The notes under the pieces were generated by a model. It saw only the letters and a program-made list of their open reading frames with translations, did not search any database and was not told the DNA's origin. The translations under genes and the position numbers were made by a program. Shown here piece by piece: positions 11,820 to 23,094 of a stretch of DNA of 64,000 bases (positions are counted from its first letter, which is position 1; every line of letters starts with the position of its first letter). Source of the DNA: Haliotis rufescens (taxonomy: Eukaryota); contig NW_025964372.1 of the NCBI RefSeq assembly GCF_023055435.1, forward strand, positions 46,438,001-46,502,000, in the 5' to 3' direction.

Positions 11820-12590
11820 TTAAAGTACAAGTGTTCGCAAAAAGGTAAGCGTGTCGCGCGCCCGCCACAAACACATGCAAGTCAAATCAACTGCTCACAA
11901 GAAAACACACAGGAACATGTTGCACAACACCATAAAGATAATTGCATCGGACATCATGTTTACTCATTGATTCGTCAAATTTGGAAATGTCCACATGTGA
12001 CGTGATACAAACAAGAAGTACAAATAACTTTATTTAAAAAACAGAAACAGACATGGAAGAAAAGAAAAGGGAATAGTTGTATAAATGCTAAATGAGCTAA
12101 ATTTGTAGTCCTCAGGTATTCTGTACTCATAGACCATCTAACGTAAACGTACATGAATCTCAAATTGGATAATCCAATAAATAGCCGGGATGTAGCTACA
12201 TTTATTTTCTCTTTTGATCACAAAGCCTACCGCTGGTACATGAAAATCCGAAAACCAAATGTTTGGCCAAGATAAAACTACAATCGTTTTGTGTGTGTTT
12301 TCATGTCATGGCGGATTTGATTATTTGCAGGTTGTAATGGTTTTGAATAGTGATGACAGTTCTGCTAATCAAACTTTCTAATTTCCCAAATCATTTTAAA
12401 CAACATAGTACTCACTGTAAGCACATGGTTCAGAAAGTCACATTGAAAGCAACAAGAGAGTCACACAAGCCTACACACATGCCACTGATCACAGAGTAAA
12501 TAATTACTGAAGGAATCGACGTGTCACATTAAATCACTGCAAATCCACGTTTGAAAAGCTTATCACAACGGAGGCATTCCCTAACACAGT

Positions 12591-12617
12591 GGGGGGGGGG
12601 GGGGGGGGGGGGGGGGG
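12591..12617. repeat. G27 homopolymer in the 3' flank of gene B1
   Basis: Directly visible; G8 at the paralogous site 36873-36880. Confidence 0.9.
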
Positions 12618-12710
12618 ATCGGACGTCGAGCTCCGGACGAGTTCCTTCTTATACCCCAAACACCAGCACGGACATCATGATCAGTGCCAGGGCTCCAGAC
12701 AAATGTCGCC

Positions 12711-13820
12711 TTATACACAAAACACCAGCAGGGACATCAGTACCAGAAGCAGGAAGACCCCGAACAAAACGTGGTCCGAGCGGCGGACCTTTGACGGACG
12801 TTCAGTGCTTTTCGTATTTACGTTGTCGTGTTCTGGCTGTACATCTGTCTTGGCCTGAAATAGGTGACCGTTATTGCGGACGTTGAGTGTGGCCATGGTG
12901 GTGATGATAGCCAGGCAGCTCTGACAGAGGATGAGGGTCAGGTACACAGACAGTCGACACACGTCTCCAGACTTGGGGATCGAGTCATTGACGAAGTTCA
13001 TGAACACTGCATAGGACACAAATATTGAGATGAGGTAGGACATCTTCTCTCCGGAGTCAGCTGGTAGGAGGAACACACAGGCGTTGAGCAGAGAGAGAAG
13101 AGCCATAGGAAAGATGATACTAACTATATAGAACATGCTCTTGCGTTTCAAAAAGAACTCAAACGATACCAGACTTGATATCTGTTTCATTTGGACGTCT
13201 ACATTCTTGGCAAGTATGTCAACCAACTCCCATTCACTGTTCTCAATAAAGAAAGTAGGTAATCTCGTAATAATAGAGCCAGTGATATCAACCCCAAGAT
13301 TAAGGTCATTTACAGGCGCGAACAGGATGCTACATCGCTGCTGATCAAACGGGTACCGAGTGATGTCTATTTGACAACTAGTCTTGAAACTGTCAGTGAT
13401 TACAAGTACTGCTCTTCCATCACTAGAAAGTTCTGGAGATTGTATTGAAATAGGTACAATGCTGTCAATCCCGTTTGGGACAACCACCAAAGGTATCCAC
13501 ACAAACTTCTCAGAGATAGTCACAAGTTCAATGTCATCATAATCAGTTTTGTTCCAAGCCAGACCCGTGTCGAACCACGTCATGACGACCTCCGCACTGA
13601 AAGCGAATGTCTGTTTGGCTGCATTGAGACTGGAGATGGACATTGGCAAAATACTTATGTTAACCTGTATCTTATCGGAGATGATACTGATGCCATCATT
13701 AGCATTTTCCCCTTGGAGATATATCTTCAGTCTTCTTAATGTCAACTGGGTTCTATTGGAGACACTAGCTCCTGATGAGATGAAGAGCAATGACAGTGTT
13801 ATCGCGGACATGAAAAACAT
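12711..13820 (-). CDS. Intronless Cys-loop channel subunit, type B copy 1, 369 aa
   Basis: Same Cys-loop and TM1-TM4; divergent N-terminal half. Start placed at MFFMSAITL (13820), homologous to the type A start; the ORF track extends in frame to 13868. Confidence 0.93.
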   Translation of the reverse strand: MFFMSAITLSLLFISSGASVSNRTQLTLRRLKIYLQGENANDGISIISDKIQVNISILPMSISSLNAAKQTFAFSAEVVMTWFDTGLAWNKTDYDDIELVTISEKFVWIPLVVVPNGIDSIVPISIQSPELSSDGRAVLVITDSFKTSCQIDITRYPFDQQRCSILFAPVNDLNLGVDITGSIITRLPTFFIENSEWELVDILAKNVDVQMKQISSLVSFEFFLKRKSMFYIVSIIFPMALLSLLNACVFLLPADSGEKMSYLISIFVSYAVFMNFVNDSIPKSGDVCRLSVYLTLILCQSCLAIITTMATLNVRNNGHLFQAKTDVQPEHDNVNTKSTERPSKVRRSDHVLFGVFLLLVLMSLLVFCV

Positions 13821-14409
13821 GATGTCAGTGTTCGGTGGTGATGTTCGCAATGACATGTGTTGATGCATAGGTGTTATTCCATTTCAGCTGTTGCTTAGGT
13901 TACTGCAGACAGTGACTATGATTGGATAATACATTGCCGCATGAGCTGGGATATGAGTGCACACGGATCCATTAATCAGGGAATTAAACACTAGGAGCAT
14001 TTGATCCCATTCCATCCAGGTAAATGCTTCATAAACAAGTGCCTATTTCTATTTCTGTTAACATACCTTCCCCCACCTTCTGTAAGCAGAGGGCTTTAAG
14101 TTTATATTGAATTATGCAGTTATGCACCAGTACTGGAATTGGTAATGTCATCGCTGTCACGGAAACAATCTCACTGTACTGATAAACTGAGTATTTGCAA
14201 AACATTGTTAATTGACGCTTTGCTCATAAGTGAGACGTATTATTTACATTTCCACTTCCTGCAATATGAAGCAAACTACGAAAATGTGTGATCTATTCAA
14301 TGCAAACATAAAAGGCAGGTGAACCTGAAAGTACATTAATGTTATGAGTGCTAATAGAATTGAATATCGATTGAGAGAAGGTGCCATCGACAGATATTTG
14401 ATATCATCA

Positions 14410-14856
14410 TACAATGGGTTGGTTTCTCGGCAGGATAAACCAACGGATAAAAACGATGCCCGCTTTAGTCCGCAGGGATTACTTTCAGTGTTTACAAACA
14501 AACATGGCGTCACCCTTGGCAGTCGGCGATCGGGTCAGAATTGACAATCGCGGATGCAGACACATTACTGGAATAATGATCACAGTTCATTTGACAAGTC
14601 CTTCTTTGTTCTGATCAATGGGACTGATTATGAAGGACGACTTGAACGGCATCGTTTAAGTTACATACCATCTCCAATCCCACGTCCGATAATGTCTATC
14701 TCCGAGCAGACTAATTCATGGTTTCGTTCAGTTGTAAATGAAGATATTTATTAAATCATAGAGACGAATGAAACGAAAAACACTGCCAACAAGACTTTGT
14801 ACACCATGAACCTTGTGGATTAATTTCTGTCCTATCAAACTGAAAATAGGCCTATT
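14410..14856 (+). mobile_element. Crypton-like (tyrosine recombinase transposon) 5' relic
   Basis: Reads WFRSVVNEDIY*IIETNETKNTANKTLYTMNLVD*FLSYQTENRPIE, resembling the N-terminus of Crypton/DUF3504-associated proteins; the non-coding head recurs at ~24080-24250 and ~60640-60690. Confidence 0.5.
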
Positions 14857-16865
14857 GAGTGAGTGGGTTTAATCAAAGTCACGACGGCAATATTTCAGCC
14901 ATAATGTAACTTGAACAAGTTGAACAATATTTATAAAAACTATCGATGAAAGACCGTATAACAGCTAGTTGTCGAACATTAACATGTTATATTCATTATT
15001 GGGATACGAAAGGATATAAAATGGGGCTATTGATCACCAGCAACAAGGTTAAGGTCACCATACTAGGGACCAAGGGGACTTACATTTGTACGGTACCTCT
15101 GCTACCTGCATTGTTCCCCTGTAGGATTTACATCTTTCCCTTAGTTACCGGTGATTGTTGCAAGTTTAGGCAGAGATTAAAAATCAACAAATATTCTGCA
15201 TTTAAAATTGAGGTAGATATAAGTATACTTTGAAAGAGGTGGTCTCACACACCCTATCAAGGGACAATGATTTTTGACATGTTGCCAAGAAGGAGAAGAC
15301 AAAAGCCTGAAAGGAGAAAAAATATCTAATCAATGGTGGCTGCTGTAATGTGGGGTTTAATCCGTATGCCTGGTGGTGGGACCAACTTAGGCTTATTGTG
15401 AAAAGGTTATTCATAAAGCGGTTGAAAACACAGTTTGTATTCAGCATTTGATGGATTAGAATGTAATTTAGTAATGCATTGTAGCCATTATTTGATACGG
15501 CGTTGCTTCAATGAAGGCTCATCAGCTTCTACATATAGGCTGTTCACAGGAGATGTTCGGAATGTGTCAAGACACAGAAGTAGGCCCTGATGCTGAATCG
15601 AAACTAACTTTTGTAAATTGCTCTTACAGGCTCCACCATAAACGATGGAGCCATAATCTAATTTAGAGCGGATCAGAGACCTATACAAGCGGAGGAGGGT
15701 CGTCTGATCACCTCCCCACTTTGTATTGGCAACAACTTTCAACAAATCTAGAGCCTTCAGGCTTCTCGTTTTAAGATAATTAATATTCGACTTAAACGTC
15801 AAATGGTGATCGAAAATGAGACCCAGGAATTTGTCCCCTTTAACAACCTTGATAAGAGTGCCATGTTAAAAAGGTTCTGGATCTTTGTGGTGCTTGTATT
15901 TCCTAAAACATGAATACGATTGTTTTAGCTTTTGAAAACTTAAAACAATTTTTAGATTTTGTTGAGACAAAGCTGCAGCTGTCTCTCGATGGTATACATA
16001 TTTTTGAGCTGTTTAGTCATTTGTGTGGAGAGACAATGACTGGCACAGAAACGAGATGTTTGACAGCCAACAGCGTAGCTTATTGAGATGCTGATTTGCT
16101 TTCAATCAAGATACAGCCATGTGTCCTTTTCATTGTCCCAACATATCCAGCAATACCATAAATAGTTTTAGAAAGCGCAACTGCATTCAATTTCAAAGTT
16201 CCATCATCAGACGAAGAGATGACCAAAAATCGAGACCAAAATTCAGACATGTTTCTTGTAACAGAGTCATCATCAGATCAACTGTCATTTTAAGTTCGTT
16301 TGAGTTTTTGTTGGTGGAATCATGGTAAGTTTATAACAGTTCGCCATACCACCCACCAAGGAGTATCATAAAGACAATGCTTTGTGCTAGTGTGTCTCCA
16401 ACCAAAGATACTGGGATGGTATACTGAAGCAGAAATATTAAGACCAATCGATCCACCAGATTGGCCTGTAGGCCACCGCCTTCTGGGCATATTTTTACTC
16501 TCTGCATTTCTTCATTTACAGCCAACAGTTCCTGAAATACAAGTAACTGTTTGACCAAGACACAAATTATAAACAATTCAATGTAACTTTGTGAAAAATG
16601 AAATAGAATGCACAGGGCTTTGCATAACCAGCCGACTGATAGAATCCGGCCCATTCTACCACCCGTGTAGGTGAAGTCAAGGTCAATGTGGTGTATTGGG
16701 CAAAGGAACACTATTCCTGGAACCAGTGCTCTCAACCACCGGACTACCTTCCTCCATTGACACAGGGGCGCAACCCACGGCAAACAGGTTGCCCAATTCA
16801 GTCCCCTCCTACGACAAGCAATGGGGTTCTGAGGACACATTCTACCCCGGGTCCCCGGGTCCACA
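14857..16865 (-). mobile_element. Internally deleted I/Nimb LINE retaining both termini
   Basis: 5' UTR (16865-16325), ORF1 start (~16323), jump to RT C-terminus (KALDLLKVVANTKWGGDQTTLLRLYRSLIRSKLDYG), then 3' UTR and ACTC tail at 14857. Confidence 0.75.
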
Positions 16866-17169
16866 CGGGGAAAAAGCGATTAGCGCTACCCAGCACTCAC
16901 CACGTGGACGTTGCTCTTCGTGAGTGCCTGGTGTCACAGACTTGTTGAGTGCTGTTTTTGCTGCAGCATTGGCCATTATGTTTCCAGTTATGCACATATA
17001 GTCAGTAACGAACAAAAGGCGATGTCGTACGTATTGGCCAGTTGAAAGATCATTATATCGTTCTAAAATATGTAAAATAATTGGATGAGCCTAGACGACT
17101 GGGCCACCCGTGCCCCACAAGCTCATGACACAGCAACAGCATTATCAGCATAATAATGCAATAATGCAA

Positions 17170-17865
17170 TTATAGTCCCAATAACAAAACCTGCCGGGAT
17201 CATACATATCCCGCAAATTACCGACCTATATCGTTGACCAGTTGCGTTTGCAAAATCATTGAATGAATGGTAAACAACAGATTAGTATGGTATTTGGAAA
17301 CCAACAATCTTATTACCAATATTCAATGTGGTTTCCGGAAAAACAGAAGTACAATTGATCATTTAGTACGATTTGAATGCTTTGGTAAAAATGCTGTAGT
17401 TAATAAACAACACATAGTATCAATATTCTTTGATCTGGAGAAAGCATACGATACTACCTGGAAGCATGACATTTTACATGATTTACATGATTTTGGTTTG
17501 AGAGGTCGTTTACCTCATTTTATATCACAATTTTTACCCTACAGGCAATTTCAAGTCTGTGTGGGTTCAAACCTGTCTGACCATTACAATCAGGATCAGG
17601 TTGTCCCACAAGGCAGTAACTTGTCTGTCACACTTTTCAGTATCAAGATAAATAGTCTTTGAAAAGTTTTAAGCGATTCAATAGATGGATCGCTGTTTGT
17701 GGATGATTTTAATATTTCTTGTCGGGGTAAAAACATGCATGCAATTGAGAAACAACTGCAATTGTGTCTGAACAAAATACATAAATGGTCGCTTGCCAAT
17801 GGCTTCAAATTCTCCAAAGATAAACTCATTGTATATATTTCGGCAGAAAATATAGACTGCATAAG
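17170..17865 (+). mobile_element. I/Nimb LINE reverse transcriptase core fragment
   Basis: YRPISLTS, QCGFRKNRSTIDHL, FFDLEKAYDTTW, VPQGSNLS, LFVDDF, with stops. Confidence 0.92.
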
Positions 17866-18546
17866 GTGAGTGAGTGAGTGTGTTCATGTAGCAGTGTTGT
17901 ATATATGCATATTTTCTGTATTTTATATATTTGTATACATATAATGTTTTGTAATGAAATGGTGTTTTAAGCTTTTATTATGTTGAATTAATTTAAATAA
18001 ACCTGTATGGCTGCTGTATTTAACAGCTCTGCATAACGACTTGATCTTTGCGTGGAGTTTTCTTTTATTTTAACTTCTACTGGTTGTGGGGTAGAGTAGG
18101 TAGCTTGGGTCGGTCCTTTGTTTAGTACAGCTTGCGCCTGATTGGCCTTGTTTCAAATACTAACACCCAGCATTTAACCAGCACCCCAGCCACTACACCT
18201 TGCCATGTGGACAACAACATGTAGTATTTTCATCTGAGACCGTCCAAATAGATGCAGGAACCATAAGTCCTGTCAATTGCGTTGGTGAACACAGTTCCCG
18301 CCCCAGTTTCACCTACAGGGGCGATTGTTTGTTCTGATAATAAATCCTCACGACAAATAACGACCTGTGTTATTCATAAACACCCCGGTTACATTCATTG
18401 AGGATGCCAAGTCTGAGAACATACGGGTGTATCCATATATGTCCATTTGACAATGGACTAGTTTCCGGAACTGACTGATCACTTACTCTGTGACGTAATA
18501 TATTAATTCGCACATTCCAGGAAAACTAGCAATGTTTGTGGGAGAT

Positions 18547-18812
18547 GAGTGAGTGAGTAGAGTTGGGTTCAACGCCGCTTTTAACAGTATTCCAGTTATA
18601 TCATGGCGTGACAGCTTAATGTGGGAGGAAAGTGATGCAGATGTTTACCACTTTGGTGAAATCCACGAGCACGGGTATGGTGCTGACAAACCTAGAAACA
18701 TAATTGGTGCGAACCAGGATTCGAACCCACAATCATAGGTTTCTGGCGTGCCCAAGGGACGCAACTCTGCACAGTGAATGGCGGCTCCTCAGAAGACTGG
18801 GCCACCCGTGCC
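18547..18812 (-). mobile_element. SINE family 2
   Basis: Homologous to 51699-51975. Confidence 0.85.
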
Positions 18813-18868
18813 ACCTTATGGGAGATGTGAATGCTTTTTTCAAAGGTAAAAGTGACATTATATGGTAA

Positions 18869-19020
18869 AGAGGTTATCACGCCCGTGTATTTTGGGATGG
18901 TAAATATCCTGTATTAGGAATAAATACTATGTATTTAGCTCGGCAAGGATCGCTAAATACAATTCTAATGCCTAATACAGGATATTTACCATCGCAAAAC
19001 ACACTCGCGTGATAACCCCT
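18869..19020. repeat. ~150-bp palindromic MITE-like hairpin
   Basis: AGAGGTTATCACGCCCGTGTATTTTGGGATGGTAAATATCCTGTATTAGG pairs with CCTAATACAGGATATTTACCATCGCAAAACACACTCGCGTGATAACCCCT; inner stem GTATTTAGC/GCTAAATAC. Confidence 0.85.
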
Positions 19021-19184
19021 TGGTCTAAGCACTTTGATGACAATAGTGGATATAATGCAGTAATATGTTAAGAAAGTTTAATGAAAGTAATGAAGATCTG
19101 CCAACAATTTGAAGAAAATTGGGAGTTAATAGTTAATATATTGCAAATGTTAATCATCGAAAAGGTCATGTCATATACAATCCT

Positions 19185-19332
19185 GGGGTAGCCTAGAGGT
19201 TAACGCGTTCGCTCTACACGGGCCCGGGCTTCGTTTCCCCACAAGGGTACAATATTGAAGCTCATTTCTGGTGTCGCCCGCCGTGATAATGCTGAAATGT
19301 TGCTGAAAGCAGCATAAAACCTTACTCACTCA
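19185..19332 (+). mobile_element. SINE family 1 (diverged)
   Basis: GGGGTAGCCTAGAGG head and ACTCACTC tail. Confidence 0.8.
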
Positions 19333-19768
19333 ATACACGATCGCTGATGCAGACTTGGAAGTTCAGGGCGATCATATAACCATCGGAACTTTCTTGAACT
19401 ATCTTTCTCATGTTCCATCCTGTTATCTCGTGTTTGTGATTACCCACAATGCATTAACAAAATATGCTTGACACCGTAAGGATTTGAGAAAAATGTGACG
19501 TAATTTACAAGTACATAAAAGTTGCAATGTTGCTTTTTCTCCCCACCTATTGACTGAGCTAATCTGCCGCAAAAATAGATGCAATTTAAAGCCCATCGGG
19601 ACATGCGGAATTATATAGTATCATTGAACACATTTAACCGTGTCTTGGGTATATTCTTAGATGCAAGACATATGTAAAATCAAAAATTATTTCTGAGGGA
19701 TTCTTTGACGAAGAACTTGAAATCATACGCGCATTAGAAAGGTTTGTCGTATTTTCGCACATAACAGT

Positions 19769-19881
19769 GGCTTCGATTCCCGACATGGGTACAATGTGTA
19801 AAGCCCATTTCTGGTGTCCCCCGCTGTGATACTGCTGGAATATTGCTAAAAGCGGCGTAAAACCATACTCACTCACTCACT
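19769..19881 (+). mobile_element. SINE family 1 (5'-truncated)
   Basis: Runs from the B-box to the (ACTC)n tail. Confidence 0.85.
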
Positions 19882-20206
19882 TCCACGATTTGTAGACACT
19901 TAGTATACAGTTAGTGACGCATGTCCTTTTTTAGTCAGGTAATGAGATGAGTCATTTATCTCTAATGAACGTGATATATAGAAACATGTGACGCACTGAT
20001 GGAACGTAGCTGATTATGATTGTCTGTGGGGATGCCAGTTAACTTGAAACATTATACACCCCGCCTAACACGCCTGAAATTCTACTTGGCCTCAAGCTGG
20101 AAACCGACCCGGACTAGCGAGGCAGTGCAAGTTGTATCCCTGGTCTGTACATTAACTGCAGATTCCCTCGCTTATTGTTTGTTTCGGTCTTATGCTATCT
20201 GTGTAT

Positions 20207-20379
20207 GGGGCGCTGGGGTAGCCTAGTATATAGTTGAAGCGTTCGCTCGTTACGCCGAAGGTCTGGGTTCGATTCCCCACATCGGCCCATTTGTAAAGCT
20301 TATTTCTTTTGTACCCGGCAGTGATATTGCTGAATTATTGCTAAAAGCGTCGTAAACCATACTCACTCAGTCACTCACT
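20207..20379 (+). mobile_element. SINE family 1
   Basis: A and B boxes plus tail. Confidence 0.85.
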
Positions 20380-20934
20380 TACTACCCGTGTATGATACTA
20401 AGTATTCCGGACACATCAGCAGCCTCTCAACAGAATGAGTGACTGAGTGAATAAGTTGGTTTTGGTGAAAGTAAAACGACGTAAAGGTCCTTGATGTCAC
20501 CACATTAGACAAATTCAGGATTCTAACAGACAATCTCAGGTTTCTGGCACGCTTTAGCGTCGCCAATCAAATTTGTCACCAAAGAGATATGTTTTGCATG
20601 TTATGGGGATGGGTAGGAACAAGGTTTTAGCAGACATTAAAAGCATGCGTCCAATATTGTGTTGTGCTTTTACCAATGATATTGTCTCGTGGGTGTTACT
20701 GCATGTGAAAAGTTGTTTTGAGTGTGTACACTGCCCGTAATAACGCAATATGAGCATGATTGCAATTGAGTCAGTCAAAAAAGACACTAACCACCCGTCT
20801 AGATTAGTATTTAGATGGTCTGACCTCAGCTGGCCTAAAATCAATGCCTAAAGAAATGCCACCTCTTCAAAGAGATTCAATTTCTTAGGCTTGCCGATTT
20901 GATGTTAAAAATTAACTGACTCACTCAATTGTTG

Positions 20935-21010
20935 AGGACATGTTATTTCGGCTGACGGTGTTCACACCCAGCTGGAGAAAATGGAGGCAGTAAAATGTTG
21001 GCCTACCGTA
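20935..21010 (+). mobile_element. Short Gypsy-type pol fragment
   Basis: GHVISADGVHTQLEKMEAVKCWPT resembles the LTR-retrotransposon RT C-terminal motif LGHxISxxGxxxDPxKxxAVxxWPxP. Confidence 0.55.
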
Positions 21011-21019
21011 GAGTTCGGG

Positions 21020-21446
21020 TTACCTTGGCCAGCCCGGTCACCAGATTTGTCCCCGATTGAGCATCTGTGGGACAAGTTGGATCGACACGTTCGCAGAAGG
21101 AATCCACCGCCCCAAACACTTCCGGCGCTTCTTGATGTACTTCAGCATGAATGGCAGCACATCCAACAGCGTGTTATTGACAACTTGATTGCATTTATGG
21201 GTCGTCAGTGTCAAGCGGTGATTGATGCACGTGTTGGGCACAACCGAAACTGACATTTTCTGTACCCCTGTGACATTAACTGTATCGTGTACGTGTGTCT
21301 GTCTAGGTGACACGATTAATGTTTTGAACATTGTGTACATTAATCTTCAAACAGTGTTTCAGTTATGGTTTCTGTGTCCTATGTTGAAACAATCGCATTA
21401 TATTACATTTTGAAAGTCAGTGTCAAGTTTCTTTTTTTGAAGAGTA
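21020..21446 (+). mobile_element. Tc1 transposon 3' end (second family)
   Basis: LPWPARSPDLSPIEHLWDKLDR...VIDARVGH; terminus ...TTTTTTTGAAGAGTA followed by TA. Confidence 0.88.
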
Positions 21447-22002
21447 TATATTCTGGACAATGTTCCTCATTCTGTCATAAGAATCTATACCGAAACGTTG
21501 CCTTTACAGTATTAAAGAAGTTGTTATCCATAAATTGTGTCTACATTGTCATCTGTCAACTTCTGAGTAATGCCTATCAAACAAGGTTACTGCCAGTAAC
21601 AACAATCCCAAACGAAAAAGGACCCCTTGAATAGAGGGGTATTGCGTGACCTGCTTGGGAAATAAGAGCAGAAGACGCCACTTGGTACTAAGGAGTGAAG
21701 AAGACAACGACATATTTCTCATCCAATCATATTAATCAGGCTTTTGTTTTTCTCGGCCATCCAGAACAGAAAGGAACAAGAAGTCTGCACACAAACACTC
21801 GGAATGCCAGACGATGTCACATTTAATACTGTTATACTAAAGTTGCAGGCCGACAAAAATAGTACACTTGCTTATTTCAGTTGGTGCAGATTCAGGGGAT
21901 AGTTTATCTGGACGAAAAACATGACAATGACGAAGGACCCTATTGACATAAGCATTGCACACTATTGGTTGTGTCGAAGTTACTTATGACGCTGTTACGA
22001 GG

Positions 22003-22281
22003 TTGGTTGGTTGGTTGGTTGGTTGGTATGTTGTTTAACACCGCACTCAGCAATATTCCAGCTATATGAGGGCGGTCTGTGTAAATAATCCAGTCTGGAC
22101 CAAACAATCCAGTGATTATCATGAGCATCGATCCACGTAATTGGGATCGATGACATGCATCAACCGAGTCAGCGAGCCTGACCACCCTGTCCCGTTAGTC
22201 GCCTCTTACGACAAGCATAGTCGCCTTTTAAAGCAAGCATGGGTTGCTGAAGAGCTATTCGACCCCGGATCTTCACGGGTC
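22003..22281 (-). mobile_element. Family 3 short non-autonomous retroelement (no tRNA head)
   Basis: Head GACCCGTGAAGATCCGGGG...GTCGTAAGAGGCGACTAA; (AACC)n tail; TSD CTGTTA(C/G)GAGG; other copies at 53153-53395 (+), ~630-730 and ~26355-26460. Confidence 0.85.
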
Positions 22282-22759
22282 CTGTTAGGAGGTGACTATG
22301 AAATTGGAACGCAGTTTAACCCAGAAATCGGTAAGTACAGAACTCAATTACAGTAAATTCTAAATTAAAGAATTACAAAATTAGTAAATAAGCAGACAAC
22401 ATCAATTATAGAAATCGTATTCAAAGACATGGTTGACGAAGAAAAAATCAACACAATAAGTTAAAAAGGGGCAGCAACATTAAACAGTTTCTGTAATTAA
22501 TATCAGTTCACTCACACTTTCAAACATCTTAAAACAGCCTTGATCTGAGTTTTTGAATTCAGAATAGTGGGGAAGGAATTCAGTGCTTACAACTAGGTAT
22601 CTTATCCGCTCTTGCAACGTAGATTAGACAAACGTCTCTTGTCTCTCGAAGGGTTGGTAAAACGAGGCTTATTTTTCATAAGAATGATGTCTGATGTCTA
22701 CACTCTTCTGTCAACGATTCTGGAGTACCTGGTTACTGTTTGGTACAGAAGGATTCCAC

Positions 22760-23065
22760 ATGGTGGTGTAAAAAAGTCTCCCACAGCAGGAATGGCGTCA
22801 TCATCATTTGCATAATTCTTGTCATATTGTTCCTACTTCAAATGGAAATCTCACAGTGCCAAATTTGGTGAATATGGAGGATGTTCATCGACTTTAGAGC
22901 CACGGCTATGCATTGCAGCACTTGGCGGCATGTGAACAGTTGAATTGTCCTGGTGGACATACCATGAGTTTTCCATGACGTTTAGCCTTGATATTCACAG
23001 ACAGTTGCCATAGCAGCTTAGCGTAATATTGGCAGTCAATAGTCTGGCCTTTCGAGAAGTAGAAG
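22760..23065 (-). mobile_element. Mariner (DD34D) transposase C-terminal fragment
   Basis: KGQTI..QYYAKLL, HQDNSTVH, EHPPYSPNLAL*DFHL. Confidence 0.8.
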
Positions 23066-23094
23066 GGCAAGCTCTTTTTACATTTTAATCGGAA

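Larger units (their letters stand above)
1..14460. repeat. Segmental duplication block (A gene - spacer - B gene) paralogous to ~25440-60690
   Basis: 1-960 matches ~25445-26680; 13870-14460 matches ~60100-60690; the spacers share the same repeat insertions in the same order. Confidence 0.9.

Noticed and set aside
13821-13868. N-terminal extension of type B ORFs (also 60062-60097)
   Set aside because: Homologous sequence is non-coding in type A, the extension differs in length between B copies, and the signal peptide starts at MFFMS. Not fully excluded.
16331-16864. 177-aa ORF as a host gene
   Set aside because: Lies in a LINE 5' UTR and has no recognisable domain.
17887-18197. Solo LTR (TGTAG...CTACA, contains AATAAA)
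   Set aside because: No matching TSD and no second copy in the window.
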